Virus record (IMG/VR): IMGVR_UViG_3300016478_000097
Span: 1-34,762 of that record
DNA length: 34,762 nt
DNA from: a virus
Taxonomy: Duplodnaviria; Caudoviricetes
Strand: one strand, 5' to 3'
Position numbers and translations under genes: made by a program. A model generated the notes under the pieces. It was not told the DNA's origin. It saw only the letters and a list, made by a program, of their open reading frames with translations, and ran no database searches. Below, piece by piece: positions 17,806 through 26,739 of this stretch. Each line of letters begins with the position of its first letter. The first letter of the stretch is position 1.

Positions 17806-18320
17806 CCTGATAAAATTTCCTTAATAATTTTAATTTGAGTTAGACAATCACCGATAGAATCGTGATGATCTCCAATTCGTGGATAATTTTTCCAATCAAT
17901 GCCAGATAGTGAAATAATTGTCCTAACATCCATAATCTGGAAATAACGCCAAGGACAAGGAATACCGACTACTCGATATGACCATTCCAGCATTGAAATA
18001 TCGAATGCGACACCATTTGCCCAAATTCGATTTTTTGAATTGTATCCACCGATAAAATTATTTAATCCTGTTAGAGCATACTCGATATCAGATTGATTGC
18101 TCATTACCGATTTCTGAACCTCAATTGGTTGATCTGCCCAAAATTGAATAGTATCTTTTTGTGTGACTAGACCATATTTCTTACATGATCGCGGATCAAT
18201 ATTTTGTTTAAATGTTTCGATATCGTCATCATCAAAAGAAAATTTGACAGCACCAATTGACAAAATAACAGAATCTGGTGTTGTCCCTAAAGTTTCAATA
18301 TCGATCATAATTTGGTTCAT
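17802..18320 (-). CDS. DEDDh 3'-5' exonuclease (DexA / DUF5051-like)
   Basis: MIDIETLGT, WANG..FD, D.RT, H....D motifs. Confidence 0.85.
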   Translation of the reverse strand: MNQIMIDIETLGTTPDSVILSIGAVKFSFDDDDIETFKQNIDPRSCKKYGLVTQKDTIQFWADQPIEVQKSVMSNQSDIEYALTGLNNFIGGYNSKNRIWANGVAFDISMLEWSYRVVGIPCPWRYFQIMDVRTIISLSGIDWKNYPRIGDHHDSIGDCLTQIKIIKEILSG

Positions 18321-18487
18321 TTTGTCTTCCTAGTGTATTTCCGTTTTTGTTTAGTTTCTAGTTTGGCTTCTTGTTGCTCATCAAGAGGAAGTCCTCTAAC
18401 GGCAACAAGAAGCTCACCAGTTTCAGCGTCAACCCAACCCCTTTCGGTTGCCTTGACATGCTTAACCCAGTTTGGCTTCTTGTGCAT
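18317..18487 (-). CDS. Small hypothetical protein (56 aa, not in ORF track)
   Basis: MHKKPNWVKHVKATERGWVDAETGELLVAVRGL...; GGAG SD; ATGA coupling to exonuclease. Confidence 0.65.
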   Translation of the reverse strand: MHKKPNWVKHVKATERGWVDAETGELLVAVRGLPLDEQQEAKLETKQKRKYTRKTK

Positions 18488-18492
18488 AATCT

Positions 18493-18801
18493 TTACTCCA
18501 GATCGATGTTGTAGATTCGTCCTAGAGCCTTAGCTTGGTTGTATAGAGCCTTTATTTCACGCTCTATGGGGTTTTTATCCCCGAACCTAGCAATCGTCTT
18601 TAGACAGTGGAAGAGTGCGCCAGAATCGTCCCTAGAGCCTGTTTTCCATTGCTTGGCAACAAAGTATGCATCTACCCTAATCTTACCTGCCTGAATGTCC
18701 TTTTCAGTTAGGACATAATCAAAGTCATAGTGTGAAGATGAGTATGCACTTTTGACTTCATTTGTTTCGTCTGGTTTAAAAGGAAACATCTGTTTATTCA
18801 T
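18493..18801 (-). CDS. Hypothetical protein
   Basis: ATG 18801 preceded by GGTGGA. Confidence 0.65.
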   Translation of the reverse strand: MNKQMFPFKPDETNEVKSAYSSSHYDFDYVLTEKDIQAGKIRVDAYFVAKQWKTGSRDDSGALFHCLKTIARFGDKNPIEREIKALYNQAKALGRIYNIDLE

Positions 18802-18892
18802 AGTCATATCCACCAATAAAAAAGTTTTGCTTGATGAATTCTTGATCTTCTAGCACTTGATCATTATCCAATTCAAATGCATCATCAATCAT
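18794..18892 (-). CDS. Possible 32-aa acidic peptide
   Basis: MIDDAFELDNDQVLEDQEFIKQNFFIGGYDYE; overlaps helicase stop and next start. Confidence 0.4.
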   Translation of the reverse strand: MIDDAFELDNDQVLEDQEFIKQNFFIGGYDYE

Positions 18893-20288
18893 CAAAGTCC
18901 CATCCTGAACTGGAAGAACTTCTGTTAGTAGCTGTTTTTGTTCCATATCGACTCTCACTTTCTTCGTTTTTAATGGTTGATTGAATCTCTGTTGTCTGAC
19001 CAGAGTTCTCTACATTATACATCTTCATTCTGGAAAAATCCATACCAACAACAAATTTTTTGTAGTAGTTAGGATCACCAAACCGATTCTTCAATTGTTT
19101 CAAAATAATCTGATTCAAGGCAGTTAGATCATCTGTTCGAATAATACCAAGTAGAAGATCGGCAGTCTTTAGAGGACCAGTTGAATCAGCCATAGCCTCG
19201 ACATCAAAATCCGACACATTCATACCACTTCTATTTGTCTGAACAGAAGTCCAGATAATAAAGTCTTGTTCTACTGCAAGTGCTCTAAGTTCTTCTGCAA
19301 CAGATGTCTGATAAGTATAACTATTAATATTTGCCGCAGATTTATACCTAGCAGATGCACAAATACCAAGGTAATCAACAATCAGAATATCTGGGATGAA
19401 TCCCCGCTTGTTCTTCAATTCATCTAAAAGAATTCTGAAATTTGCAACAGATGCAGTTGATGTTGGATATTCCTTGATAACAAGTTTTCCGCGAGTTTTT
19501 TCATGCAATTTTGAAATCTTATCAACGAAAATCTTTTCAGATAGATTCTTGATTTCTGAAACCGGAACATTAAACAAATTCGCATCAATCCGTTCGGCAA
19601 TCCGTTGTTCGGCCATCTCAAGAGTAATATACAAAACATTGTATCCTTGAGTCAGATAGTCAGCAGCAAGAGAGCACTTAATTGCGCTTTTACCGGAACC
19701 AGATGCCCCTAACAGAATGTTTAGAGTTCGCCGTGGAATACCTGTGCCAGTAATTTTATTCAACAAATCAATTGATGTTCGTACTTTGACTTCGCTCCTA
19801 TGATAAAAATCAAAACGATCCTTGGCATTGTCGAAATAATCATGTCCAACATTCTTATCAAAAGATACTGCTAGAGCATCCTGAAGAATTGATGGTATTT
19901 GATTTTCAGTAAATTTATTATCATCTCCATTGATAATCTTTACTGCTTGCATGACTGCATTATAGACAGATTTGTCTTTACAGAATGTCTCTGTTTCGTT
20001 AACTAGCCACTCTAGATCGTATTTGTATTCATCATCAAATACTTCATTGAGTGTTTTTTTGCATTCTGTATATTCATCTCCAGATAGTCCTTCAACAGAA
20101 TCCAACTCAACCATCAAAACATCTTTTGGCGGAAGTCTAGAATATTTGACATAAAACGAATCGATTAGCTGATATACAGTTTTCTCAACTCTTTTATGAA
20201 AATATTCTGATTTCAGATGTGGTTGTACTTTCTTTGTGTATTCCTCATTTTTAGTGAGAATGTTCAGAATTAGAGGCTCCAGCCGCAT
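18885..20288 (-). CDS. 41: Replicative DnaB-family helicase gp41
   Basis: GSGKS, NVLYITLEMAE.RIAERIDANL, IKEYPT, VDYL, AEELR.LA, Q.NR, QLKNRFGD. Confidence 0.96.
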   Translation of the reverse strand: MRLEPLILNILTKNEEYTKKVQPHLKSEYFHKRVEKTVYQLIDSFYVKYSRLPPKDVLMVELDSVEGLSGDEYTECKKTLNEVFDDEYKYDLEWLVNETETFCKDKSVYNAVMQAVKIINGDDNKFTENQIPSILQDALAVSFDKNVGHDYFDNAKDRFDFYHRSEVKVRTSIDLLNKITGTGIPRRTLNILLGASGSGKSAIKCSLAADYLTQGYNVLYITLEMAEQRIAERIDANLFNVPVSEIKNLSEKIFVDKISKLHEKTRGKLVIKEYPTSTASVANFRILLDELKNKRGFIPDILIVDYLGICASARYKSAANINSYTYQTSVAEELRALAVEQDFIIWTSVQTNRSGMNVSDFDVEAMADSTGPLKTADLLLGIIRTDDLTALNQIILKQLKNRFGDPNYYKKFVVGMDFSRMKMYNVENSGQTTEIQSTIKNEESESRYGTKTATNRSSSSSGWDFDD

Positions 20289-20586
20289 TTAAATCCTTTT
20301 CAATTAGTTCAAGAATAATATCACCGACAATAGACTCAAACTCGGAGTGTTCGATTACCAAGTCTTTTGGCTTGTACTCAAGATTATACTTGAAATTTAG
20401 CTTGACAGAACCATTTTCCTCAGAAAAAGAAACTTTTGGTCCAGTGGTGAATATGACACCAGAATACTTTCCAGAAGTAAGACGAATTCCTTGTTGAAAA
20501 TGCTCGTCATCTAGTTTAGATTCAACAAGTTGATATTTAGATTCTTCTTTTTTTGGAGAGAATATATTTTTGAGTTTGTTTAGCAT
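20251..20586 (-). CDS. Probable gp40-like head vertex assembly chaperone
   Basis: Size and position between uvsX and 41, as in T4. Confidence 0.5.
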   Translation of the reverse strand: MLNKLKNIFSPKKEESKYQLVESKLDDEHFQQGIRLTSGKYSGVIFTTGPKVSFSEENGSVKLNFKYNLEYKPKDLVIEHSEFESIVGDIILELIEKDLNAAGASNSEHSH

Positions 20587-20595
20587 AATTTATTG

Positions 20596-20611
20596 AGGGG
20601 CCGAAGCCCCT
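20596..20611 (-). promoter_or_regulatory. C(UUCG)G tetraloop hairpin after uvsX
   Basis: Minus strand AGGGGC-TTCG-GCCCCT; no U tract in gene direction. Confidence 0.75.
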
Positions 20612-20618
20612 GTTTTAA

Positions 20619-21704
20619 TTACTCTTCTGATTGATGTTCATCGTCCATAAAGTCTTCAGTATCTTCAATACGCATTTTTTCAAGATGACCAAGTTTATAT
20701 CGATCAGAAACAGAACTCTTGAAAGATGTTGAATTCAAAAGCATATCCCAGAATTCAGCAGTGTTTGTATCCTTTAGACGCCATTTCTTAGACTCAACAA
20801 CGCCATCATCATCAACTCGACTGTACCACCCCGAATTTGGCTTAACAACTCTTCCGAGATCAATAGCAATATCCATCAACCCGGAATATTTCTGAATACC
20901 AGTCTCATACAGAACTTGAAATGAAAGTTTTGATTTTTCTCGTACAAATCGTGATTTATCAACGGTAATTGTATAGTTCCAACCATCAAGTTCGCCGTCA
21001 CTACCCTTTTCTTGCGCCTTGGAAAAAATGAAAGCAAGATTAGAAGAATATCTCAAACCTTGACCACCAGAAATGATTTGCTTTTTATAAGTCAGACCCA
21101 TTTCCTCATATGTGTGAGCAATACATACACATGGGATATCTTTTGCGACCAGAGATGGTGTGATCATACGCATAATTCCCTTGATTACACGTGCCCGCTG
21201 GAGATCAACAGTTGATTTTTCATCAAGAGCATTTTGCAATTCCGCCAAACTTCCAGTATTTCCAATCGAATCAATCATGAAAATTACTTTGTCTCCGCGA
21301 TTGATTTCTTTGAGTTGTTTCACCATTTCAAACTTTAGCATTTCTAGATGCTCAATCGGAACATGGAGAACTCGACTTGGGTCAATTCCCTGTGCCTCTA
21401 GATAGCTTGGCGTAATTCCTCCCTCTGAGTCTAGAAGAACACAAATTGCATCATCATATTTGTTTAAATACGAACGAACACAAATCAGTGAGGCGAGAGT
21501 TTTGTAGGTGCCTGAAACTCCAGCGATCAAAATTAAACCAGATGTCAAACCACCATCAACTTCACCGCTGAGAGCAATATTTAGAACTGGATAGTCTGTT
21601 GGAATGATATCTTTTTTATTGAAAAAAACAGACTCTGACATAATCGATGCATGTTTAGTTGGGCTGTTGGCTAGTAGTTTTTTTAGTAGTGGGTTCATTT
21701 TCAT
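20619..21704 (-). CDS. uvsX: RecA-like recombinase UvsX
   Basis: LNIALSG..DGGL.SG, DSE.G, R..H.PI...E, IDSIGN, RA...K...R, SGG.G..YS, KSRFVREK. Confidence 0.95.
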   Translation of the reverse strand: MKMNPLLKKLLANSPTKHASIMSESVFFNKKDIIPTDYPVLNIALSGEVDGGLTSGLILIAGVSGTYKTLASLICVRSYLNKYDDAICVLLDSEGGITPSYLEAQGIDPSRVLHVPIEHLEMLKFEMVKQLKEINRGDKVIFMIDSIGNTGSLAELQNALDEKSTVDLQRARVIKGIMRMITPSLVAKDIPCVCIAHTYEEMGLTYKKQIISGGQGLRYSSNLAFIFSKAQEKGSDGELDGWNYTITVDKSRFVREKSKLSFQVLYETGIQKYSGLMDIAIDLGRVVKPNSGWYSRVDDDGVVESKKWRLKDTNTAEFWDMLLNSTSFKSSVSDRYKLGHLEKMRIEDTEDFMDDEHQSEE

Positions 21705-21714
21705 TTCCTTTCAG

Positions 21715-23277
21715 TTAAACAAGATTATTTGTATGATCCAAAATCTTTAAGCATAGTCGGTTCAATTCTGATTCAATATCAGAATCTGACCATACATATT
21801 CTACATGAAATCCTAGAGCATTTGCTTCTTCCAATTTTAATTTATCGTTTTCTAACGCTTCTTCATATGTGCGCCCAAATGGGGATTTCCAATCATAATC
21901 ACCTTCTCTTGGATGCCATGTGACACCATTATATTCTATGATGAAATTTATATTTTTGATTAAAAAATCATAATATCTAATTCCATTTTTAGTTAGAATA
22001 TAATATTCATCGTCCTCGGTTGAGGAAAATCTCACATCATTTCTGCTTGAGATTATACCAAGTTTTTTAAGTCTTTTGTATAGTCTAAGGAAAAATATTG
22101 TAGCCTCTCTAGAAGATTTCCCCGTTCTGCTCGTTAGTCTATTCGTAACATTGACTAACCATTGTTCATATTTTTGTTTTCCAATTTCTTCGCCATATTT
22201 GTTGACATAAACTTCAAGACACGATCCTTTTTTGGCATTAATTGCAGCAATTTCTTCTGGAGTTTTTGCTTTTAATGTCGATTGCCAAAGATCAGTTCTA
22301 GCTTTATGTATTTTTATTCCTTCTTCCATGCCATATTTTTGTATGCAATATTCTCTGGAGAAGTTTGGTCTATTTTTGATATACTCGGTTAATTTGGATT
22401 TTGCTAATTCATCATTATATCCTCTATGTGTCCAGTATTCAATGCAAGTTGGCATATTTCTTCTATCAAGTTTAACCTCATATCGTTTGTTGCCTTCTTC
22501 CTCCCCATATTTCTCAATGTAATAGTCAAGAGAACATTGACCCTTTCTTAGATCGCATATAGCAAGCCATTTCTTAGTTCCTTCTTCCTGTCCAAATTTT
22601 TTAATATAAGAATGTAAACCAAGACTTTTAGATTTTCCAATCTCTTTTCTCACATCTTCTGGCTTACTAAGGAATGTCTGCTTTCCCTTATTGATTTTAG
22701 AGCGTACAATTTCTTTTGCCGTTTCTTCGTCTATATTATGCTTTCGTTTCAGATGTTCAATGTTATTAGAACCATACTTGATACAAAAATCTCTATATGC
22801 TTCGTCTTTGTCTGCATATGTTCTGGAAAACTTTTCAAAAGAACACGTTGCTGATTTCTTGTTTGACTCAAGTTTGTTCTTATATTGAATGCTGTCGGCG
22901 CCATATAATTCTTTTATGAATTCAGTATTAGCATTTGGATTATGAACGCCAGATTCTAAAAACTTTTTATAAAGAGTTTCATATACAGAAAATGCTTCTT
23001 TTGAGTCTATTTCTCTGTTGTCGGAAACTGCTTTGATAATTTTTAGAATTCCGTTGTTTGGAAATGGAATTCTTTGTTTAAGAGAATCTTCTGTTTGAAT
23101 TAACTCTTCTGGTGTGATATTCGTTAAACCGTATCTTTTGATTCTAGATTTCGCAATGCTAATCTTTATTCCTTTAGCAGTTGCTTCTCGGTTTTCTTGA
23201 ACTTTTTTGGTCGCTTCTTCGATGCTATATCCAATAGATAGATAAGCATCAACATCGTATGTGTTGAATGTACTCAT
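21715..23277 (-). CDS. Free-standing homing endonuclease, Vsr/EDxHD (Hef-like) C-terminal nuclease with tandem KYG.EEG repeats
   Basis: C-terminal YDF.......IEYNG..WH ... D..K...A...GF....VW; repeats YIKKFGQEEG, YIEKYGEEEG, CIQKYGMEEG, YVNKYGEEIG; adjacent to uvsX. Confidence 0.75.
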   Translation of the reverse strand: MSTFNTYDVDAYLSIGYSIEEATKKVQENREATAKGIKISIAKSRIKRYGLTNITPEELIQTEDSLKQRIPFPNNGILKIIKAVSDNREIDSKEAFSVYETLYKKFLESGVHNPNANTEFIKELYGADSIQYKNKLESNKKSATCSFEKFSRTYADKDEAYRDFCIKYGSNNIEHLKRKHNIDEETAKEIVRSKINKGKQTFLSKPEDVRKEIGKSKSLGLHSYIKKFGQEEGTKKWLAICDLRKGQCSLDYYIEKYGEEEGNKRYEVKLDRRNMPTCIEYWTHRGYNDELAKSKLTEYIKNRPNFSREYCIQKYGMEEGIKIHKARTDLWQSTLKAKTPEEIAAINAKKGSCLEVYVNKYGEEIGKQKYEQWLVNVTNRLTSRTGKSSREATIFFLRLYKRLKKLGIISSRNDVRFSSTEDDEYYILTKNGIRYYDFLIKNINFIIEYNGVTWHPREGDYDWKSPFGRTYEEALENDKLKLEEANALGFHVEYVWSDSDIESELNRLCLKILDHTNNLV

Positions 23278-23311
23278 AAATTTTCCTTTTAAAAACGGGC
23301 TTCTCGTATTT

Positions 23312-23344
23312 TATGTCAGTTCCCACACTGACATACCTATTTAG
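23312..23344 (-). promoter_or_regulatory. Late promoter CTAAATA followed by a 9-bp leader hairpin
   Basis: CTAAATA 23338-23344; TATGTCAGT-6nt-ACTGACATA at 23312-23335. Confidence 0.6.
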
Positions 23345-23366
23345 GTAATTCATATTTTTAATTTAT

Positions 23367-23789
23367 TTAATGCAATGTTGCATTCTGTTTTTCATTCATA
23401 GCATCTTCTGCTTCTGAATTCATGTTCTCAATAAAAGAAGAGATTACATCAGAAATGGAAATCTCTTTCAGAATATCACCATCAGTATTATATACCAAAA
23501 CTTCAGGGGAAACCTTATCCCCAAAAATATTGTTCCCGGAAAAATATGTCCTGATAATAGCTTCCTCGATTGATGAAAACCGAGAACCAGTTGAAATACT
23601 AATAGGGAGCATTGTTTTCATGTTTGATGTGACATAAACAACCAGATCGGTTGAATAGTTTTCATCATCAATTTCTAGAATATTAATTCCCCAACCAACA
23701 GGTTTGATGAATTGATATTGATTAAAAGTTTCTTGTTTAGATACTTCCATGTCAATCGTATGTTCTGTTACGCCTAGTTTAACACTCAT
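23367..23789 (-). CDS. Hypothetical acidic protein
   Basis: Open frame filling the region; start uncertain. Confidence 0.6.
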   Translation of the reverse strand: MSVKLGVTEHTIDMEVSKQETFNQYQFIKPVGWGINILEIDDENYSTDLVVYVTSNMKTMLPISISTGSRFSSIEEAIIRTYFSGNNIFGDKVSPEVLVYNTDGDILKEISISDVISSFIENMNSEAEDAMNEKQNATLH

Positions 23790-23808
23790 TTTGATTCCAT
23801 TCAAAAAG

Positions 23809-23815
23809 ATAAATA
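23809..23815 (+). promoter_or_regulatory. Late promoter-like ATAAATA
   Basis: ~30 nt upstream of SLT gene at a strand switch. Confidence 0.5.
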
Positions 23816-23845
23816 ACTCAATACTAACAACTAATTTTCAATCGT

Positions 23846-24463
23846 ATGAAAAACAACAATCAAAATCTAGAAGAAAGTCTGAGAGGGAAAATGGCTCAGG
23901 TTGCTACTGCTGCTGCAATGGCTTCCATGCCAATCAATCAGGATGCTCCAACACCCGATTTAGACTCATTATACCGCAATCATCCGGTTCAAGTCAAGAC
24001 ATCCGACAGAATTTTGCATCTAGCTAAAGTTGCGATGGGACTAAAAAAGGTTGATAACAAATTATCCAAGGACAACGCTATCAAGTATGCGACTCTTGCG
24101 GTAAAACACGAACATCCAGAATTTCCGAAAGCAGAAGACCTGATGGCGCTAATGGCTGTAGAAAGTACGTTCAACGAGAAGGCCATTTCAGGCAAGGGAG
24201 CATATGGTATCACTCAGGTCATCCCAAAATGGCACCACACCACTGCTAATGCCCTTCTAGCGTCTCCTGATCATGCTATCGAGCGTGGAGCTTCAGCACT
24301 ACGAGATAACTACAAAATTTTCAAGGGAGACAAGAATGCCGCTATTCAGGCATATAACGTAGGACCGTCAGACTATAAGATTAAAGGGAAAAGAGTACCA
24401 GAATATTTACAAAATAATATTGAGTTTGTAAAAAAGTTTTCTGCAAAACCAGAAAATGAGTAA
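23846..24463 (+). CDS. Lytic transglycosylase (SLT domain)
   Basis: A.M.VES.FN..A.S..GA.G..Q and AYN.GP motifs. Confidence 0.88.
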   Translation: MKNNNQNLEESLRGKMAQVATAAAMASMPINQDAPTPDLDSLYRNHPVQVKTSDRILHLAKVAMGLKKVDNKLSKDNAIKYATLAVKHEHPEFPKAEDLMALMAVESTFNEKAISGKGAYGITQVIPKWHHTTANALLASPDHAIERGASALRDNYKIFKGDKNAAIQAYNVGPSDYKIKGKRVPEYLQNNIEFVKKFSAKPENE

Positions 24464-24466
24464 ATT

Positions 24467-24772
24467 ATGCAGTATCTAGATGCCATCCCAATTATACTTG
24501 CTATCATAGCAGTATATGTTTCAGCAGTAAAATATCAAGACGCAAAGCTGGAAAAAGATAAAATTAGATTGCTAATTGGTATTTTAATTGCTATTGTTTT
24601 GATAATAGCTGAAACTAGCTTATTCGTATCAACTGACATATTAACCAATGTAAGTGATTCATCATTTGCATCAAAATTATGGTTGTTTTTTGATTCAGTT
24701 GTAATGCTGCTAGTTATTTTTTATCCAACAGGAAAATGTGATGATACAAATCAAAAATCTTCTTCCATCTGA
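24467..24772 (+). CDS. 3-TM membrane protein
   Basis: Three hydrophobic segments. Confidence 0.65.
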   Translation: MQYLDAIPIILAIIAVYVSAVKYQDAKLEKDKIRLLIGILIAIVLIIAETSLFVSTDILTNVSDSSFASKLWLFFDSVVMLLVIFYPTGKCDDTNQKSSSI

Positions 24773-25145
24773 TACAAGAGCCGCTGAAATAATTAGCGGC
24801 GTTTCTTTGTTCTTTTCATCAATCTTAGTCTTTTATGGACATGATAAATTTCTATCCGAACATATTCTAGAAGCACATCATTGGCTATTTTGGGCAATAA
24901 TATTTCTAATCTTTGGTGTATTTCAATTAGTTTCAGTGTTAAACCGTTGGGATGTTATGATCAGAGCAATCCTAGGTTTATTTATTGGAACATATTGGAT
25001 ATGGGATGGATTCTCCGGTCTATGTCAAAGCAATTTTACTGTTACTGATATATTGCCTATTGTTTTAGGAATATCATGTCAATACTCTTTTGTAATCAAC
25101 CTACTATACTCTACAAAAAATCATGGACATAACATTACTATTTGA
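24738..25145 (+). CDS. 4-TM membrane protein
   Basis: Four hydrophobic segments. Confidence 0.65.
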   Translation: MMIQIKNLLPSDTRAAEIISGVSLFFSSILVFYGHDKFLSEHILEAHHWLFWAIIFLIFGVFQLVSVLNRWDVMIRAILGLFIGTYWIWDGFSGLCQSNFTVTDILPIVLGISCQYSFVINLLYSTKNHGHNITI

Positions 25146-25455
25146 GTTTTTAACTAAAAACCTACCCACCTCTATTTCAGTAACACTTTCTCTGTTTGCT
25201 ATTGGTATTGCTGCATACCTAAAATTCAAACAAGTTGATGTTGATGAAAAAACAAGTCTAAGTTCTATTCATGCCAAACAAGTCGAAAGCTTGATGGAAC
25301 AAATAGAACTTTTATCGGACGAATTGGCAAAAACAAGAGAACAATTAACCAATCTACATGAGCAAAACATTTCTCTAATGGAAGAGTTACGAAATGCCAA
25401 CAGAAGAATTGGTGAACTGGAAATCTTGATTGATAAAAGATCAGAAGTTAAATAG
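25123..25455 (+). CDS. Single-TM coiled-coil protein
   Basis: N-terminal TM then heptad-rich segment. Confidence 0.7.
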   Translation: MDITLLFEFLTKNLPTSISVTLSLFAIGIAAYLKFKQVDVDEKTSLSSIHAKQVESLMEQIELLSDELAKTREQLTNLHEQNISLMEELRNANRRIGELEILIDKRSEVK

Positions 25456-25867
25456 CAGAAGCAATTTTTAGATCAATTTCCGACAACGAGTAATTTTCTC
25501 GGAAAGCCTTTACTAGACCCTTTCTAGCTAGGCTTTCTACCAAGATAAACCCGGAAACAACATCTAGATTTTTCTGAATAGAATCTTCATCAAGATCAAA
25601 AGTTCCGTCTGCTTGCATTAGCATCATTGTTAGAAGGGTCAGATTCATACCAGCAGTTGACCCTTCAATCGTTTCATCTGTCAGCTTGTTCATTTCTTCC
25701 AAATCCTCTAGAAGATAATTAATTTCATAATCCGACAGAGATTCAAAGAACTTACCAACTGAAATATAACCATTATTCTTGATCATATCAGATGAAAGCA
25801 TCCGAATAAAAGATGGAAGTGAAGTATCTTCACTAATAGAATTAAATGAAATCATATAATCAGACAT
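25448..25867 (-). CDS. Hypothetical protein
   Basis: Open frame; E.LARKGLV..N.S C-terminal motif. Confidence 0.7.
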   Translation of the reverse strand: MSDYMISFNSISEDTSLPSFIRMLSSDMIKNNGYISVGKFFESLSDYEINYLLEDLEEMNKLTDETIEGSTAGMNLTLLTMMLMQADGTFDLDEDSIQKNLDVVSGFILVESLARKGLVKAFRENYSLSEIDLKIASAI

Positions 25868-26030
25868 TTTCTTTTGCTTTCTTTTCTAGAGTATCAATTT
25901 TTTCAATTAGTTCAGCTTTCAGCTTTTCTAACCGTTCTTTAGCTGCTTTTTGTTTGGTGTAATATTCCGAAGCAGTTGCTGGTGCAACGGAAATTATCTC
26001 ATTTATTAGATATTGAAATCTGATATCCAT
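25860..26030 (-). CDS. Small coiled-coil protein (56 aa, not in ORF track)
   Basis: MDIRFQYLINEIISVAPATASEYYTKQKAAKERLEKLKAELIEKIDTLEKKAKENV. Confidence 0.55.
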   Translation of the reverse strand: MDIRFQYLINEIISVAPATASEYYTKQKAAKERLEKLKAELIEKIDTLEKKAKENV

Positions 26031-26032
26031 AT

Positions 26033-26056
26033 ACAAAATCCCCTGTTACGGGGATT
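26033..26056 (-). terminator. Hairpin / probable terminator
   Basis: AATCCCC-GTAACA-GGGGATT then TTGT. Confidence 0.6.
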
Positions 26057-26061
26057 CTCTT

Positions 26062-26226
26062 TTAGTCCTTGGAAGGCTGCTTGGTTGAATCAATCTGAGC
26101 ATCAACCATCATGTTCAGAAACTGGTTACGATTTCCACGACCTCGTTTTAGGTCGGAAATCTTGTCCATCGTAACAAGAGTCTTATATTGATGCTTCAGG
26201 CGGAAAAACTTGTTTGGCTTGTTCAT
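26062..26226 (-). CDS. Small basic protein (54 aa, not in ORF track)
   Basis: MNKPNKFFRLKHQYKTLVTMDKISDLKRGRGNRNQFLNMMVDAQIDSTKQPSKD; GAGG SD. Confidence 0.65.
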   Translation of the reverse strand: MNKPNKFFRLKHQYKTLVTMDKISDLKRGRGNRNQFLNMMVDAQIDSTKQPSKD

Positions 26227-26232
26227 TTTTTA

Positions 26233-26442
26233 TTACCTCGTTTCAATAATTGAACAGACGATCTGACCTTTTCCAAGGTTGAAGAACATCTGGTTCTTCT
26301 TCAGTTTCTTGATCGAGTCAACTGCCATATCGGAGTTGACTGTCTCAAGTTCTTTGATAGCCATCTTGGCTAAATTTTTAAGACTCTTGTCAACAAAGAC
26401 AAAGGTCTTGGAGTACATTTTGAGTGTCAGTTCTGTTTTCAT
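26233..26442 (-). CDS. Hypothetical protein, probably leaderless
   Basis: ATG begins at the 7th nt after TGTGGTATAAT; no SD. Confidence 0.6.
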   Translation of the reverse strand: MKTELTLKMYSKTFVFVDKSLKNLAKMAIKELETVNSDMAVDSIKKLKKNQMFFNLGKGQIVCSIIETR

Positions 26443-26448
26443 GTGAGT

Positions 26449-26460
26449 ATTATACCACAA
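26449..26460 (-). promoter_or_regulatory. Extended -10 early promoter TTGTGGTATAAT
   Basis: Identical 12-mer at 26742-26753 and 27436-27447. Confidence 0.7.
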
Positions 26461-26465
26461 AAACA

Positions 26466-26735
26466 AGAAGTCAACATAGACAGCCGGAGGGACAAACCAT
26501 GTCTGGTTGAACGAAACCCTGAACCCGGATTTAAAAGAGCTTTTAGCTTTATTGGTTGATCATATGATCTTCTAACAGCTTGAACTCTAAACTTGTAATC
26601 GTTAAGCTTATAAACTTTAATCTTTAACAGACGTTTAGATTATTTGCTTGTACCAAAAACAAGTGGGGACTCTTTTAGTTCTTGTCCCCGCAGAACAACC
26701 TATCTAGGTTTGTTCGTCTATGTTAACTTCTGCTT
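26466..26735 (-). ncRNA. Predicted ~270-nt structured ncRNA with internal 7-8-nt repeat tract
   Basis: 16-bp terminal stem (26716-26731 with 26466-26481; one G-U on minus strand), second helix ACAAACC/GGTTTGT, internal hairpins, promoter upstream, U tract downstream, no credible ORF. Confidence 0.7.
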
Positions 26736-26739
26736 TATG

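Noticed and set aside
18810-18830. AAC TTT TTT run in the 32-aa ORF, similar to the gp26/51 junction
   Set aside because: The downstream gene has its own ATG and SD-like sequence; T runs are common in this AT-rich DNA.
18885-23277. Intein or group I intron in gp41/uvsX associated with the endonuclease
   Set aside because: Both genes are normal length and uninterrupted; the endonuclease is free-standing.
26540-26632. Repeat tract as a CRISPR array or microsatellite
   Set aside because: Units are 7-8 nt, degenerate and without spacers; no cas genes in the window.
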